From Gemmatimonadaceae bacterium (GTDB taxonomy: Bacteria; Gemmatimonadota; Gemmatimonadetes; Gemmatimonadales; Gemmatimonadaceae), in NCBI GenBank assembly GCA_051859245.1, contig JBHYGA010000005.1:795537-859536 (forward strand): 64,000 nucleotides of DNA. The letters are read 5' to 3'. Position 1 is the first letter of the stretch; every line of letters starts with the position of its first letter. Shown piece after piece: positions 17,749 through 29,400 of this stretch. Both the position numbers and the translations under genes were made by a program. A model generated the notes under the pieces. The model ran no database searches, was not told where the DNA came from, and was given only the letters and a program-made list of their open reading frames with translations.

Positions 17749-20532
17749 GTGCCTCGTTCGCTTATCGAAACATACAGCGACTCCCTGCCATCCTGGTTGG
17801 TCAGGTTGGCGGAGTTGCTTGCCGTAACGCCGGATTACGTATTTTCCGTCTCACTCGACGGCACAATCCTCTGGGCCAACCGAGCACTGGAAACGCTGAT
17901 CGGACAGCGCGTGGTCGGACAGAACGTGGCCATGTTCCGACCCGAGTGGGTGCGCGAACTGCTCGAAACAGAGGCTCGCCCCGCGGCGCTGCGCGATGGT
18001 CATTGGGTTGGCATGACGGCGCTGCGCGTTCCGCCGCTCGGTGAGCGGCCGGTGCGTCAGGTGTTGGTGGCGCACCGCAGTCCATCCGGCGAGCTGGAAG
18101 GATACTCAGCGGTCTTGCAGGATCTTTCCGTGCATCAGGAAATGGCTGAGCGTTTTCGTGTGCTCGCCGATACCGTGCCCGTTGGGATTTTTCACAATGA
18201 TGCAGAGGGCAACTGCCTCTGGGTGAACAGCAGCTACTGCGAGATCACCGGACTCTCCGCTGCAGAGTCGCTCGGCGATGGCTGGAAGCGCGCGCTCGCC
18301 GCGGCGTCCGACGAGTTCCTCTCGCGTGTTCGCACGCAGCTGATGGCCACTGGATCATTTGGTCCGGAACGTGTGGACTTCGTTCGACCCGACGGTGAGC
18401 GACGTACCGCATCCGTTCGTGCGGCGTTGGTCCGTGCGCGTGATGGAGCGGTGCAGGGACAAGTCGGCGTGGTCGAAGACATCACGGCGCGCGATAGTGC
18501 GCAGCGTGCGCTTGAAGTCAGCGAAGAACGGCTGGCGCTCGTGCTGGCGTCTCTCGAAGAGGGAGTCGTGCTTCAAGATTCCACAGGCGCGATTCGTTTG
18601 TGGAATCCGGCCGCCGAGCGAATTCTTGGCGCGAGTGGCGAACAGCTTACAGGCGCAACATCAATGGATCCGCGTTGGCGCGCCACCGACGCGCAAGGCA
18701 ACTTCCTCCCGGGCGAGCAGCATCCGGCCATGGTTGTTTTGCGAACGCGGCAAACTGTCTCGCATTTTGTCATGGGCGTCACGCGTGCAGACAGCACGCA
18801 TGTCTGGATTCGCGTCACGTCGCAGCCAGTCACGATGCCCGACGCTCCGCACGAACATGCGGCGCTTACGAGTTTCATCGACATCACCGGCGAGTTCGAA
18901 GCCGATGAGCTGCTTCGTCGAAGCGAGCGACAGCTGCGTGTGGTCACGGCGGCAGCACGCGAGGCGATTTGTCTGCACGATGCCGATGGCACGTACTTGT
19001 GGTTGAGTCAGGGCTGCTCCGCAGTGCTGGGATGGAATGAGGCAGAACTGCTCGGCAAGAATCCGTATCTTTTCTTTCATCCGGACGACGTCGACCGAAT
19101 TCGTCGCGAGTCACACCAGCCGCTGCTCGAAGGCGAGCGAACGCGTGGCATCACATTTCGTTTTCGCCGCCGCGACAACTCCTACAGTTGGGTGGAGACG
19201 GAATCGTCCGTGGTGGACGCGACAGAAACTACGCCGATGCGTCTCGTGACCACATCGCGGCTGGTCGACTATCGCGTGGAGGCCGAAGCGCGCAATGCCA
19301 CGCGGCAGCGGCTTGGTGGCGTGGCGCATTTTGCCGGTCAGCTGGCGCACGAGTTTACCAACCTGTACACGGTTGCGTTGTCGCGACTTGAGTTGATTCG
19401 CGAACGATTGCACGAAGAAGAACGTGAGGACATGCAGGAAGCGTTCAATGCAATCGCGCGCGCCTCGGAGCTCACGCGTGAGCTGCGCGCACTGAGCGGG
19501 AATGAACCGCTGCATGTTGAACGCGTGGAACTTCACGAGTTCCTGCGCGCGAGCGAAGCGGTGCTGCGCGAGTTCGCGAATGAGAACCTTACCGTGACCG
19601 TGGAGAACGACGGTCCACCGCTCTTTGTGCACGCCGATCGGAGCGTGCTTCGAAGCGCGTTGCATTCGGTGCTTGCAAATGCCGCCGAAGCGATGTTGAA
19701 TCGCGGCACGATCACGGTGCACGTGGAACACGTGCAGTTGCGGGAGCCACATGTCGACGTGCATGGTGACGTCGCGCCCGGCGATTGGGCGGTGATCCGC
19801 TGCGTGGACACGGGCCCGGGCATTGCCGATGCACGCATGGCGTCGCTGTTTGAGCCTCGGTTCTCGGCCGATCGTAGCACGTTAGGTACGGGACTCGGTC
19901 TTCCCATCACGCGGGCGCGTATGGCGCAAATGCAGGGCCATATCTCCATCCGCAAACTGACGCAGGGCGGGACCGAGGTGCGGCTCTGGGTGCCGACCAT
20001 TCCGCCGTCCGGAGATGCGCACGGCACCGAAACCGCAGGGCTGGGTGCACGTGCTGATGCCGCGCGTCGAACGCCGCCCAGCGTTCCGGCTGTTGGGACG
20101 GATCCGGTCGTACCAGGCACCGCAGCCGACGCCTCAACGCACGGCATGCACCTACTGCTGGTCGACGACGACGTGCACGTGCTGCGCACCGCGCAGCGGC
20201 TGCTCATGCGCGCTGGCTTCACGGTCACCGCCGCCGCCAGCGGGTTTGACGCGCTCGCCGCGCTGGAGGAGGACGACGCGGGGGAGCGTGCGATTGCGTT
20301 GATTGTGACCGATGTGATGATGCCGGGGCTGTCTGGCCCACAGTTCGTGGCGCGTCGTCGGGAGCTCGGCGACATGCGACCGGTTGTCTACATGTCGGGC
20401 TACACCGGTGACGCGCTGGCGCCAGCCCACGCGCCGGAGGCTGGCGCGGTGCTGGTGTCCAAGCCGTTCTCGACCTCAGACCTGCTACAGGCCATCAAAG
20501 ATGCGCTCGCGGCGATTCCGCGCAGCCGTTGA
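17749..20532 (+). CDS. Cytoplasmic multi-PAS hybrid histidine kinase
   Basis: Four PAS/PAC-like repeats; H-box LAHEFTNL; DTGPGI; GTGLGL; REC LVDDD, TDVMMPG, SKP; no TM segment. Confidence 0.9.
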   Translation: MPRSLIETYSDSLPSWLVRLAELLAVTPDYVFSVSLDGTILWANRALETLIGQRVVGQNVAMFRPEWVRELLETEARPAALRDGHWVGMTALRVPPLGERPVRQVLVAHRSPSGELEGYSAVLQDLSVHQEMAERFRVLADTVPVGIFHNDAEGNCLWVNSSYCEITGLSAAESLGDGWKRALAAASDEFLSRVRTQLMATGSFGPERVDFVRPDGERRTASVRAALVRARDGAVQGQVGVVEDITARDSAQRALEVSEERLALVLASLEEGVVLQDSTGAIRLWNPAAERILGASGEQLTGATSMDPRWRATDAQGNFLPGEQHPAMVVLRTRQTVSHFVMGVTRADSTHVWIRVTSQPVTMPDAPHEHAALTSFIDITGEFEADELLRRSERQLRVVTAAAREAICLHDADGTYLWLSQGCSAVLGWNEAELLGKNPYLFFHPDDVDRIRRESHQPLLEGERTRGITFRFRRRDNSYSWVETESSVVDATETTPMRLVTTSRLVDYRVEAEARNATRQRLGGVAHFAGQLAHEFTNLYTVALSRLELIRERLHEEEREDMQEAFNAIARASELTRELRALSGNEPLHVERVELHEFLRASEAVLREFANENLTVTVENDGPPLFVHADRSVLRSALHSVLANAAEAMLNRGTITVHVEHVQLREPHVDVHGDVAPGDWAVIRCVDTGPGIADARMASLFEPRFSADRSTLGTGLGLPITRARMAQMQGHISIRKLTQGGTEVRLWVPTIPPSGDAHGTETAGLGARADAARRTPPSVPAVGTDPVVPGTAADASTHGMHLLLVDDDVHVLRTAQRLLMRAGFTVTAAASGFDALAALEEDDAGERAIALIVTDVMMPGLSGPQFVARRRELGDMRPVVYMSGYTGDALAPAHAPEAGAVLVSKPFSTSDLLQAIKDALAAIPRSR

Positions 20533-20564
20533 AGGGGAGTCCGTCACTCGGCTATCTTTCGGGG
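20529..20564 (+). promoter_or_regulatory. Putative leaderless promoter of miaB
   Basis: TTGAAG (20529-20534), 18 nt, TATCTT (20553-20558), 6 nt, ATG 20565. Confidence 0.5.
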
Positions 20565-21917
20565 ATGTCCAGCACACCGCGCCCCACCGTGTACATCGAG
20601 ACCTACGGCTGCCAGATGAATGTGGCCGATTCGGAGCTCATGTACGGCTCCCTTGCCGCACACGGCTACGATGCCGTCGAGGCGCCGGACGGCGCAGATG
20701 TCATTCTGGTAAACACCTGCGCCATTCGCGATCACGCTGAGCAGCGTGTGATCGGCCGTCTCGGCGAGCTTCGCCGCTTCATGAAGGCGCACAGCATTGT
20801 GGGCGTCACCGGCTGCATGGCGCAGCGTCTCGGCCCGAAGCTGCTCGAAAAAGCGCGACACGTGTCGCTGGTGGTTGGCCCGGATGGCTATCGCGCGCTG
20901 CCGCAGCTCATCGACAACGCACGCAATGGCGAGCGCGGAATTTTCACCACCTTCGATCTCGAAGAGCACTACGAAGATGTGACGCCTCGCCGGACAGATC
21001 CGGTGAAGGCGTGGGTTCCGGTGCAGCGCGGATGCGACTATCGCTGCACGTATTGCATCGTGCCGCACACGCGTGGCTCGGAGCGCTCGCGACAGCTTCA
21101 CGAAGTAGTGCGCGAAGTCCGGCAGGTGGTGGAAACCGGGACGTCTGAAATCGTGCTGCTCGGCCAGACCGTCAACTCGTACAATGATGGCACCAACGAC
21201 TTCGCGGATTTGCTGCGTGCCGTTGGCTCCATCGATGGTGTGCGGCGCCTGCGGTACACGAGTCCGCACCCCAATGATTTTTCGGATCGTGTGATTGAGG
21301 CGCACGCGGAAGTGGCGGCCGCGTGCGAGCATGTGCATTTGCCCATGCAGAGCGGCTCAACGCGCGTGCTCAAGCGCATGCTGCGCCGCTATTCACGCGA
21401 AGAGTTTTTGCAGTGTGTCGATCGCTTGCGCGCGGCGATGCCGTCACTCGTACTCACCACGGATATCATCGTTGGCTTTCCGGGTGAGTCCGACGAAGAC
21501 TTTGAAGAGACACTCACCGCTGTGACCGCGGCCGGCTTCAGCGAGGCGTTCACGTTCAAGTTCTCGCCGCGTCCCGGAACTCCCGCCACGCGCATGCCGG
21601 CAGAAGAGATGATTCCGGATGAAGTCGCGAGCGAACGTTTGCAGCGTCTGATTCAGGTCGTACGCGCACAGTCTCGCGAACAGAACATCGCGTTGCTTGG
21701 GTCGCGCACAGAAGTGTTGCTTGAGCGCGTGGCCAAAGATGGCGAACTGCTCATGGGTCGCACGCGTGACTGGAAAACGGTGCTCGTGCCTGGGCACGCG
21801 TCGCTCGTCAATACGTATCACATGGTGGAGCTCACCGGCACGACCGGGAGCACGTTTACCGGCACGTTTGTACAGGATAGCGCGCCGTCACGTCAGCCAC
21901 TGCCGATGGCCAGCTAG
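20565..21917 (+). CDS. miaB: tRNA-2-methylthio-N6-dimethylallyladenosine synthase MiaB
   Basis: ETYGCQMNVADSE, NTCAIR, GCMAQ, radical SAM CDYRCTYC, YTSPHP, TRAM-like C-terminus. Confidence 0.96.
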   Translation: MSSTPRPTVYIETYGCQMNVADSELMYGSLAAHGYDAVEAPDGADVILVNTCAIRDHAEQRVIGRLGELRRFMKAHSIVGVTGCMAQRLGPKLLEKARHVSLVVGPDGYRALPQLIDNARNGERGIFTTFDLEEHYEDVTPRRTDPVKAWVPVQRGCDYRCTYCIVPHTRGSERSRQLHEVVREVRQVVETGTSEIVLLGQTVNSYNDGTNDFADLLRAVGSIDGVRRLRYTSPHPNDFSDRVIEAHAEVAAACEHVHLPMQSGSTRVLKRMLRRYSREEFLQCVDRLRAAMPSLVLTTDIIVGFPGESDEDFEETLTAVTAAGFSEAFTFKFSPRPGTPATRMPAEEMIPDEVASERLQRLIQVVRAQSREQNIALLGSRTEVLLERVAKDGELLMGRTRDWKTVLVPGHASLVNTYHMVELTGTTGSTFTGTFVQDSAPSRQPLPMAS

Positions 21918-21921
21918 GGCA

Positions 21922-22566
21922 ATGCCGTACGTCGAACCACATACACTGCGTGCCCGAGTTGTTTCGGCAGCGCGCATCAGTACAGTCCTGGTGGTGATGT
22001 TGTCGATGAGTGCGTGCGGTGAAACGAAACGCACCGACGCACTGCCAATGGTCGGACCGTTGACGTCTTTCTCGGGAAATCCGCTCGGGGTGCCGGTCGC
22101 GGACCTGATGCGTGAGCGCAGTGCGATCATGCGCGCGCCACTGGGAGGCCTGCGCGAGGCGGCAGGGGATTGGGTGCTGCACTACGACGTACCTCCGCCC
22201 GCCTCAGAGGAGCTGTTTCCGACCATGCGTGTATCCGGCGTCACGGCCATGCGCGCGCTCCCGGATTCACTGGCCGCAACGCGGCTGCGAGACTCATTGT
22301 TGGCCGAGATCGGTCCAGCGAATACCGAGCGCTGCGTCACGGTGCGTCGCGGAAAACAGCGCGCGCCGGCAACCATCGTGCGGCGAGGAGACTACGAGTA
22401 CATGATCGGTTATTGGTCGCGCGACTTGCCAACCGCGAGCGTCAGTGCGCCAGACTCGATTCCGCTCCCCATTCTCTTTGCTGTGACGTATCGCCCCGCG
22501 GCGGACGCGCGGCCCAATGAGGATGTGTCGCCGTGCGGCACCACAGCACCAACGTCAGCAAAATGA
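21922..22566 (+). CDS. Hypothetical lipoprotein
   Basis: Fills the gap between miaB and comEC; hydrophobic stretch ending MSAC (lipobox). Confidence 0.6.
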   Translation: MPYVEPHTLRARVVSAARISTVLVVMLSMSACGETKRTDALPMVGPLTSFSGNPLGVPVADLMRERSAIMRAPLGGLREAAGDWVLHYDVPPPASEELFPTMRVSGVTAMRALPDSLAATRLRDSLLAEIGPANTERCVTVRRGKQRAPATIVRRGDYEYMIGYWSRDLPTASVSAPDSIPLPILFAVTYRPAADARPNEDVSPCGTTAPTSAK

Positions 22567-22602
22567 TGATGGTCTGAACCTGATTCGGGCGCACGATATG
22601 GC

Positions 22603-24963
22603 GTGCCCCGAATCGTGTTTCTCGTAGCCGCGTGGTTGAGTGGGGCGACTGTTGCCGCGCTCGCGCACGCCAATGTACGCGCGGGCAATCCCGCCCTGCC
22701 GCGGTGGCTGCTGATTGCCGTCACGATCGTTGGTTTGGGCTGCGTGTGGCGGCTGGTGTTTTCTTCCCCATCGTTAAACGACGCGCGCCTGACGACGCTC
22801 GCGTCGCTCGCGACGTTTATCGCGGCCCTGCTGTGGGGCCACGCGAGTTGGGCGCACGATGCACGATGCTTGAAACTGCTAGGCGATCCTGGCGCGCCAC
22901 TCTTGTTGCGGCTCGACGATGTCGCACAACCCCAAGCGTGGTTGCGCGCCAGTGCGCGGGGACTCACCTCGCAATCCAGTACGTGTGCGGTTCCCACCAC
23001 ACTGGCCGTCGAACGCGGAAGCGCTGAACCCGGCGCGTGGGTGACGGTCACCGCAACGCGTCTCATAGCAGGTTCGACACTCCGACTCGACAACGCAACG
23101 ATTACCGCTACGGGTGCGGTCGATTGGCTGCATGGTTGGCGCGGTCGCACAGGTGTCACAATTGACACGCTGTTTGGTGTCCGCGCGCCGCTCGTACGCG
23201 CCTTGCTGGTGGCGGATCAACAAGGGATCGACACGGAGGTGCGTGATCGATTCGCCACCGCCGGTCTTGTGCATGTGCTCTCCATTTCCGGCTTGCACGT
23301 GGCAATCATTGCGGTGGCCATTCGTACCGTGGGTTCTGCGCTCCGCCTGCGTCGTGCACACGCCGATTTGCTCGCGCTCTTCACCGTCGGCGCGTATCTC
23401 ATCGTGCTCGGATTTCCTCCGCCGCTCACACGTGCGGCCGTGATGCTCTCAACCGTGATGCTCGCGGATCGGCTCGGTCGACCCGTGCATCCGTGGACGG
23501 CACTCGCGCTCGGCGTGTGTGCACCCACCATAGATCCGCGTGTGGTCGCCTCGCTGGGCTGGCAACTCTCGGCCAGCGGCATGGCGGCGCTCGTGGGAGG
23601 CCGAGCGTTGATGCGACGCTGGCGCACGCGCCCGCTGCACGCGTCGGCTCGCACGCCGCGCGGTGTGGTTCGGCGCTACGCCGCTCGTGTGTTGGCCGCC
23701 GGCCCGCAGCTTTCCGGCTGGCGTCTCGCGCTCGTTACGGAGCTGGTCATCGGCATCGTTGCAAGTGCGGTCACAGCGCCGCTCGTGGCCTGGGTCTTTG
23801 GCCGAGTGAGTCTGGTCGCACCGCTTGCCAACGTGGCGGCCGCGCCGGTGGTGGGGTTTCTGCAACCGGTGCTTTTTCTTGCGTTGGTGCTCGCGCCACT
23901 TACACCGGTCGCACGCTTTATTGCCGACAGTGCGGCCGCTCCGCTTGCGGCGCTCGACTACATCGCCGTCGTGGCCAGTGATCTTCCGTACGCGGCGCTC
24001 GACGTGGCACCGGGACGCTTTACGGCCCTCTGTATGGGCGTCATGACCGCGGCATTTATTGTGTGTACGGCACGACGTCGTATCTGGCCTCCGTTGCTCA
24101 CCGGGGCGGCCGCGCTCGTGCTGGCGCTCTGGTACCCCGTGTTCGCGCGCGGGCCGGGACGCATGGAGCTGCACGTAATCGATGTGGGGCAGGGCGACGC
24201 GCTGGCGCTGCGTACACCCCGGGGGCGGTGGGTCCTGGTGGACGCCGGACGTGTGTGGCAAGGCGGCGATGCCGGTCGACGCAGCGTTGTGCCGTACGTG
24301 CGGCGACGAGGGGGCGATGTTGCGCTGTTCGTGCTTTCGCACCCGGACGCGGACCACGTGGGCGGTGCGCCGAGTGTACTGGAAGCGCTGCGCCCTTCAC
24401 TGTGGTGGGATCCCGGCTCGATTCATGCCAGCGATGTGTACCAACGGTCACTCGACGTTGCCCAACGGCGAAAGATCCCCTGGCAGCGGGCACAAACGGG
24501 CGACTCTTTGCACATTGATGGGGTCATGATTCGCGTACTCGGCCCCGACTCCTCGTGGACCGCCAACCAAACCAATGTGAATGACGCGAGCGTGGTGCTC
24601 ATGGTACAACATGGTCAGGTACGCGTGCTGCTGACCGGTGACGCGGAACGCGAGCAGGAGCAGTGGCTGGTGGATCGGTGGGGCGACGAACTCTCCGCCA
24701 CCGTACTCAAGGTCGGGCATCATGGCAGTCGCACCAGTTCGACCGACATATTCCTTGACGCGGTGAAGCCGCAAGTTGCGTTGGTGTCCGTGGGCGCCGC
24801 GAACCGATATGGTCATCCCGCGCCGGAAGTGATCAGCGCGTTGCGTGCGCGCCAGGTGGATATTCTGCGAACGGATCGCGATGGCGCGATTGTGATGCGC
24901 AGCGATGGTCGCACCGTGCAACTCGAAACCCGTCACGCGCAATGGACCCACGTCGCGCATTGA
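22603..24963 (+). CDS. comEC: DNA internalization competence protein ComEC/Rec2
   Basis: GLVHVLSISGLHVA competence domain; WQLS; metallo-beta-lactamase domain DVGQGD, SHPDADHVGG, KVGHHGS, YGHP. Confidence 0.95.
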   Translation: MPRIVFLVAAWLSGATVAALAHANVRAGNPALPRWLLIAVTIVGLGCVWRLVFSSPSLNDARLTTLASLATFIAALLWGHASWAHDARCLKLLGDPGAPLLLRLDDVAQPQAWLRASARGLTSQSSTCAVPTTLAVERGSAEPGAWVTVTATRLIAGSTLRLDNATITATGAVDWLHGWRGRTGVTIDTLFGVRAPLVRALLVADQQGIDTEVRDRFATAGLVHVLSISGLHVAIIAVAIRTVGSALRLRRAHADLLALFTVGAYLIVLGFPPPLTRAAVMLSTVMLADRLGRPVHPWTALALGVCAPTIDPRVVASLGWQLSASGMAALVGGRALMRRWRTRPLHASARTPRGVVRRYAARVLAAGPQLSGWRLALVTELVIGIVASAVTAPLVAWVFGRVSLVAPLANVAAAPVVGFLQPVLFLALVLAPLTPVARFIADSAAAPLAALDYIAVVASDLPYAALDVAPGRFTALCMGVMTAAFIVCTARRRIWPPLLTGAAALVLALWYPVFARGPGRMELHVIDVGQGDALALRTPRGRWVLVDAGRVWQGGDAGRRSVVPYVRRRGGDVALFVLSHPDADHVGGAPSVLEALRPSLWWDPGSIHASDVYQRSLDVAQRRKIPWQRAQTGDSLHIDGVMIRVLGPDSSWTANQTNVNDASVVLMVQHGQVRVLLTGDAEREQEQWLVDRWGDELSATVLKVGHHGSRTSSTDIFLDAVKPQVALVSVGAANRYGHPAPEVISALRARQVDILRTDRDGAIVMRSDGRTVQLETRHAQWTHVAH

Positions 24964-25343
24964 CACGTCTGCGCCGTTTGCTCCTCGGTGAGGCCACCGA
25001 GCTGCCGACTGCGCTTCTGCAGCGCTACCCGATGCTGCGCGAGGTGCGCTGGCGGCGCGGCGGGCTGCCCCTGCGGGTCGGCGGCTGGTGCCTGCTGCGC
25101 CGTGAAGTGCAGGGCATCACCCTCTGGCAGACCGTGTTTCTGTCGCGGTCGGCCAACTTTGATCCCGCGCTGCTCTTGCACGAGTTCGCTCACGTACGAC
25201 AGTTTGCGGAGGTGTCGGCGTTCCCGCTTCGCTACGTATGGCAGTCCTTGCGCCATGGGTATCGCGGGAACCGATTTGAGCGAGACGCCGACGACTACGC
25301 CGCGCACGTGCTCGGCGAGTCACCACTTCCGCCTGAGGCCTGA
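24942..25343 (+). CDS. Small HEXXH protein, DUF4157-like
   Basis: GITLWQTVF, LLLHEFAHVRQ, YRGNRFERDA (HEXXH plus downstream Glu). Confidence 0.75.
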   Translation: MDPRRALTRLRRLLLGEATELPTALLQRYPMLREVRWRRGGLPLRVGGWCLLRREVQGITLWQTVFLSRSANFDPALLLHEFAHVRQFAEVSAFPLRYVWQSLRHGYRGNRFERDADDYAAHVLGESPLPPEA

Positions 25344-25346
25344 CAA

Positions 25347-26396
25347 TTGGTCAAGCATACCGCGACCTCCGTTGTTACGATCGAACGATTCATCATCGAG
25401 GAGGAGCGCAATTTCCCCGACGCGACCGGTGAGCTGTCGGGCATTCTGTACGATATGGCCTTGGCCGCCAAGATGATTGCCAATAAGGTGCGCAGCGCCG
25501 GACTGGCAGACATTCTGGGGTCGGCCGGCGCCGAAAATGTCCAGGGCGAGATCCAGCAGAAGCTCGACGTGATTTCAAATGAAATCATCGTGAAGGCGTT
25601 CGATCATGGCGGTCGGCTGTGCGCTATGGCCTCGGAAGAAGAGCCGGGAATTATTCAAATTCCGGAGGGGTTCCGCACAGGTAAGTACGTCATGTTGTTC
25701 GATCCGCTCGACGGCTCGAGCAACATCGATGTGAATGTACCCGTGGGCACCATCTTCTCGGTGTACAAAAAAATCACGCGCGGTCCGCGTGGCGAAATGG
25801 AAGACATGCTGCAGCCCGGACGGCGCCAGGTGGCGGCGGGCTACATCATTTACGGTTCCAGTACGATGCTTGTGTACACCACCGGACAGGGCGCGCACGG
25901 CTTTACGCTCGATCCGTCCATTGGTGAGTTCCTCCTGTCGCATCCGCACATTCGCATTCCGAACTCCGGCCGGTATCTGTCGGTGAACGATGCGTACGAA
26001 CAAGACTGGCCCGAGCACACGCGGGCGTTGATGCGCCGATATCGCGGTCTCGATGGCGAGCGCAAGTCGCTCAACGTGCGATACGTGGGTTCGCTTGTGG
26101 CCGACTTCCATCGGAATCTGCTCGGTGGCGGTGTGTTTGCGTATCCGAGCAATACCAAATCACCGCGCGGTAAACTCCGACTGCTCTACGAAGCGAATCC
26201 GCTGGCATTCATTGTAGAACAGGCAGGCGGACTCGCCACAGACGGTGTGCGTCGCATCCTCGATGTGGATCCGACCGATCTGCATCAGCGTACGCCGCTC
26301 TACATTGGCAGCAAGGCCGAAGTGGAAACGGTGAAAGAGTTCATCGGGCCGCATGACGAAGCCCCTCGTCGCCGACGAGAAGACGGCGACGCATAG
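25347..26396 (+). CDS. fbp: Fructose-1,6-bisphosphatase class 1
   Basis: [49 protein letters not shown]. Confidence 0.97.
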   Translation: MVKHTATSVVTIERFIIEEERNFPDATGELSGILYDMALAAKMIANKVRSAGLADILGSAGAENVQGEIQQKLDVISNEIIVKAFDHGGRLCAMASEEEPGIIQIPEGFRTGKYVMLFDPLDGSSNIDVNVPVGTIFSVYKKITRGPRGEMEDMLQPGRRQVAAGYIIYGSSTMLVYTTGQGAHGFTLDPSIGEFLLSHPHIRIPNSGRYLSVNDAYEQDWPEHTRALMRRYRGLDGERKSLNVRYVGSLVADFHRNLLGGGVFAYPSNTKSPRGKLRLLYEANPLAFIVEQAGGLATDGVRRILDVDPTDLHQRTPLYIGSKAEVETVKEFIGPHDEAPRRRREDGDA

Positions 26397-26418
26397 TTTC
26401 AGGAAGCGCGCGGCCAGC

Positions 26419-29400
26419 TCACACAGTGAGGCTGGCCGCGTTGGTTTTGTCAGACGACGTGTGCAACAGCGCATCAAGACGCGCGCTCCACGTGGCGCGA
26501 ATCGAGGACACATGCTCGGCCGCGCCTCGCGGCTGCACCTTTCGCCACTGCATGCGCGTGCGCGCCCATCCATCAAGCAGTGCGCGGGCGCGCGGACTGG
26601 CGGTGCGCACACGATGTAGTGCGAGCAATCGCTGCACGAGTGCTTCGTCATGCTCATCCAGATCGGCCAACAGCACCAGATCATGGTTGGTGCGACTGGG
26701 CAAGCGACCAGATTCGTCGAGCACGTAGGCCACGCCGTTTGACATGCCCGCTCCAAAGTTGCGCCCCGTGCGACCAAGCACGGCCACCACGCCACCCGTC
26801 ATGTACTCACAGGCGTGATTGCCCACACCTTCAACCACGGCACATGCGCCGGAGTTGCGCACCGCAAATCGATCGCCCGCCTGACCTGCGGCGAGCAACA
26901 CCCCATCGGTGGCGCCGTACAGCACCGTATTGCCAACGATCATGTTGAGATGACTGGCCCCGCCGTATCGCGCATTGCGGAACGGACGAATGGTGACTTC
27001 ACCACCCGTGAGTCCTTTGGCGACGTAATCGTTGGCCTCGCCCTCCAGCTCGACGTGCATACCACGTATTGCGAAGGCCGCAAAACTCTGGCCGGCGCTT
27101 CCCGTGCAGCGAAGCATCACGCGCCCCGGTTCGAATCCCGCGTCGCCTTTGTGCTCGGCAATCCAGCCCGCAACACGCGCGCCAACCGCGAGATGGTGAT
27201 TGCGTACGACGTAGGAACCACTAAACGGCGCACCCGACGCGAGCGCCTCCGCCGCATCGGTCAGAATCTGTTCGTCAACGGAGACCACATCCGGTCGTAC
27301 GTTACGCGCAATCGTGCGACGTGGCGGCACGCCGTCACGATGCGCCCGCGTGAGCAGGAGCGACAGGTCTAGCATCGCTGATCGCGGCAGCTCGGGATGA
27401 TCAAGCCGTTCGAGAAGATCGGCGCGACCGATCAGCTCGTCGAGTGAACGCACACCAATGGCCGCCATCTGTTCGCGCACATCCTGTGCTACATGCGCGA
27501 AGTAAGAGATCACATGCTCGGGCGATCCACGAAACTTTGCCCGCAACTCTTCACGCTGTGTTGCAATGCCGGTCGGGCAGGAGTTCAGATGACATTGACG
27601 CGCCATGTCACAGCCAAGTGCCACCAACGGTGCGGTGCCAAAACCAAAACTCTCGGCGCCAAGCATGGCGGCAATGATGACGTCACGTCCGGTACGAAAC
27701 CCTCCGTCAACGCGAAGCTCCAGACGATGTCGCAGCCCGTTCTGCACGAGCACATGCTGCGCTTCGGCGAGTCCAAGTTCCCACGGCGAACCGGCGTGTT
27801 TGATGCTGGACAGCGGCGACGCGCCAGTGCCACCTGCGTGGCCCGCAATCAACACGTAGTCCGCGTACGCTTTCGCAACACCGGCGGCGACCGTGCCAAC
27901 ACCGGCCGATGCCACAAGCTTCACGCCAATGCGTGCGCGCGGATTCACCGTCTTGAGATCGTGCACCAGCTGCGCGAGATCTTCAATCGAATAAATGTCG
28001 TGATGCGGCGGCGGTGAAATGAGCGACACGCCAATGGTGGAGTGTCGCAAGCGTGCGATCAGCGCGGTGACCTTGTGCGCCGGAAGCTGCCCGCCTTCAC
28101 CGGGTTTGGCGCCTTGCACAATCTTGATTTCGATTTCATCGGCGCGCACCAGATATCCGGTGGTCACGCCAAAGCGCCCGGACGCCACCTGCTTGATGCG
28201 ACTATCCAGGCGGTCGTCCGTGCTCCCCTCCGTGAGCGGTGTGTACCACGCGGGATCTTCACCGCCTTCACCAGAGTTGCTGCGTGCACCCATGCGGTTC
28301 ATCGCAACCGTTACGGCGCTATGTGCTTCCGGCGACAGCGCACCCAACGACATCGCCGACGAAACAAATCGCGTGAGAATATTCGCGATCGGTTCCACGT
28401 GATCGATGGCGATGGGGGCACCTTCACGCACACGGATCAGATCGCGTAGTGAAATCGCCTCACTGCCGGAGGACGAGGCACGAAAGCTTTGCCACGATTC
28501 GACGTCCGGGCCACCGTCTGTGTTGCGAGCCTTTCGTGCGCTGCCCACGGCTAACTGCAGCGCGCGTACCGACGGTGGCGACCACGCGTGCCGTTCGCCC
28601 TCTTTGCGAAAGCGCACGCGTCCGTGATCAGGAAGCACCAGCTCAGACGACGCATGCGTACCAAACGCAGAGCGATGACGCGCGAGTACGTCTTCGGCGA
28701 TTTCTCGCAACCCAATGCCGCCAACGGGCGACGCAGTACCCGCAAAACAACGGTCAATCACATCGCCACCAAGACCCAGCGCTTCGAACATCTGCGCGCC
28801 GCAATACGAAGACAGCGTGCTGATCCCCATCTTGGCAAGAATCTTGAGCAACCCCTTTTCGAGTGCGGCACGCAGTCGCGACTGCGCCAGCGACGGGCCG
28901 GGGCGATCGGCGCTTTCCTCCTCGCGTCCGTGCGCGACGGTTTCGGAGAAGAGTGTTGCCACCGACTCCATGGCCAGCCATGGAAAGACGGCTTCGGCTC
29001 CGTAACCGAACAGTGTGGCCACGTGATGTTGCTCCACCGCGTCACCCGTTTCGACGACAAGGCCAACCTGCGCACGCAAGCCAATGCGTACCAGATGCTG
29101 ACGCACCGCGCCGAGCGCAAGCAGTGAAGGAATCGGTGCGCGATCGGCGCTGACTTTTCGGTCGCTGATAATCAGCAGTCGCACGCCTTTGCCAATCGCT
29201 GCTTCAGCGCGACGGCACAACGCGTCGAGCACGGAGTCGAGCTCGTCGGCGCGGGACGTTGCCGGCCACGTGGCATCGAGCGTTACCGCCTTGAATCCAG
29301 GCACGGAGCGCAGTGCGGCCATTTCATCGGGAAGCAGTACCGGATGTTCAATACGCAGCTTGCGCGCGAACTCGGCCTTCTCCAGTAACGGCGAACCACG

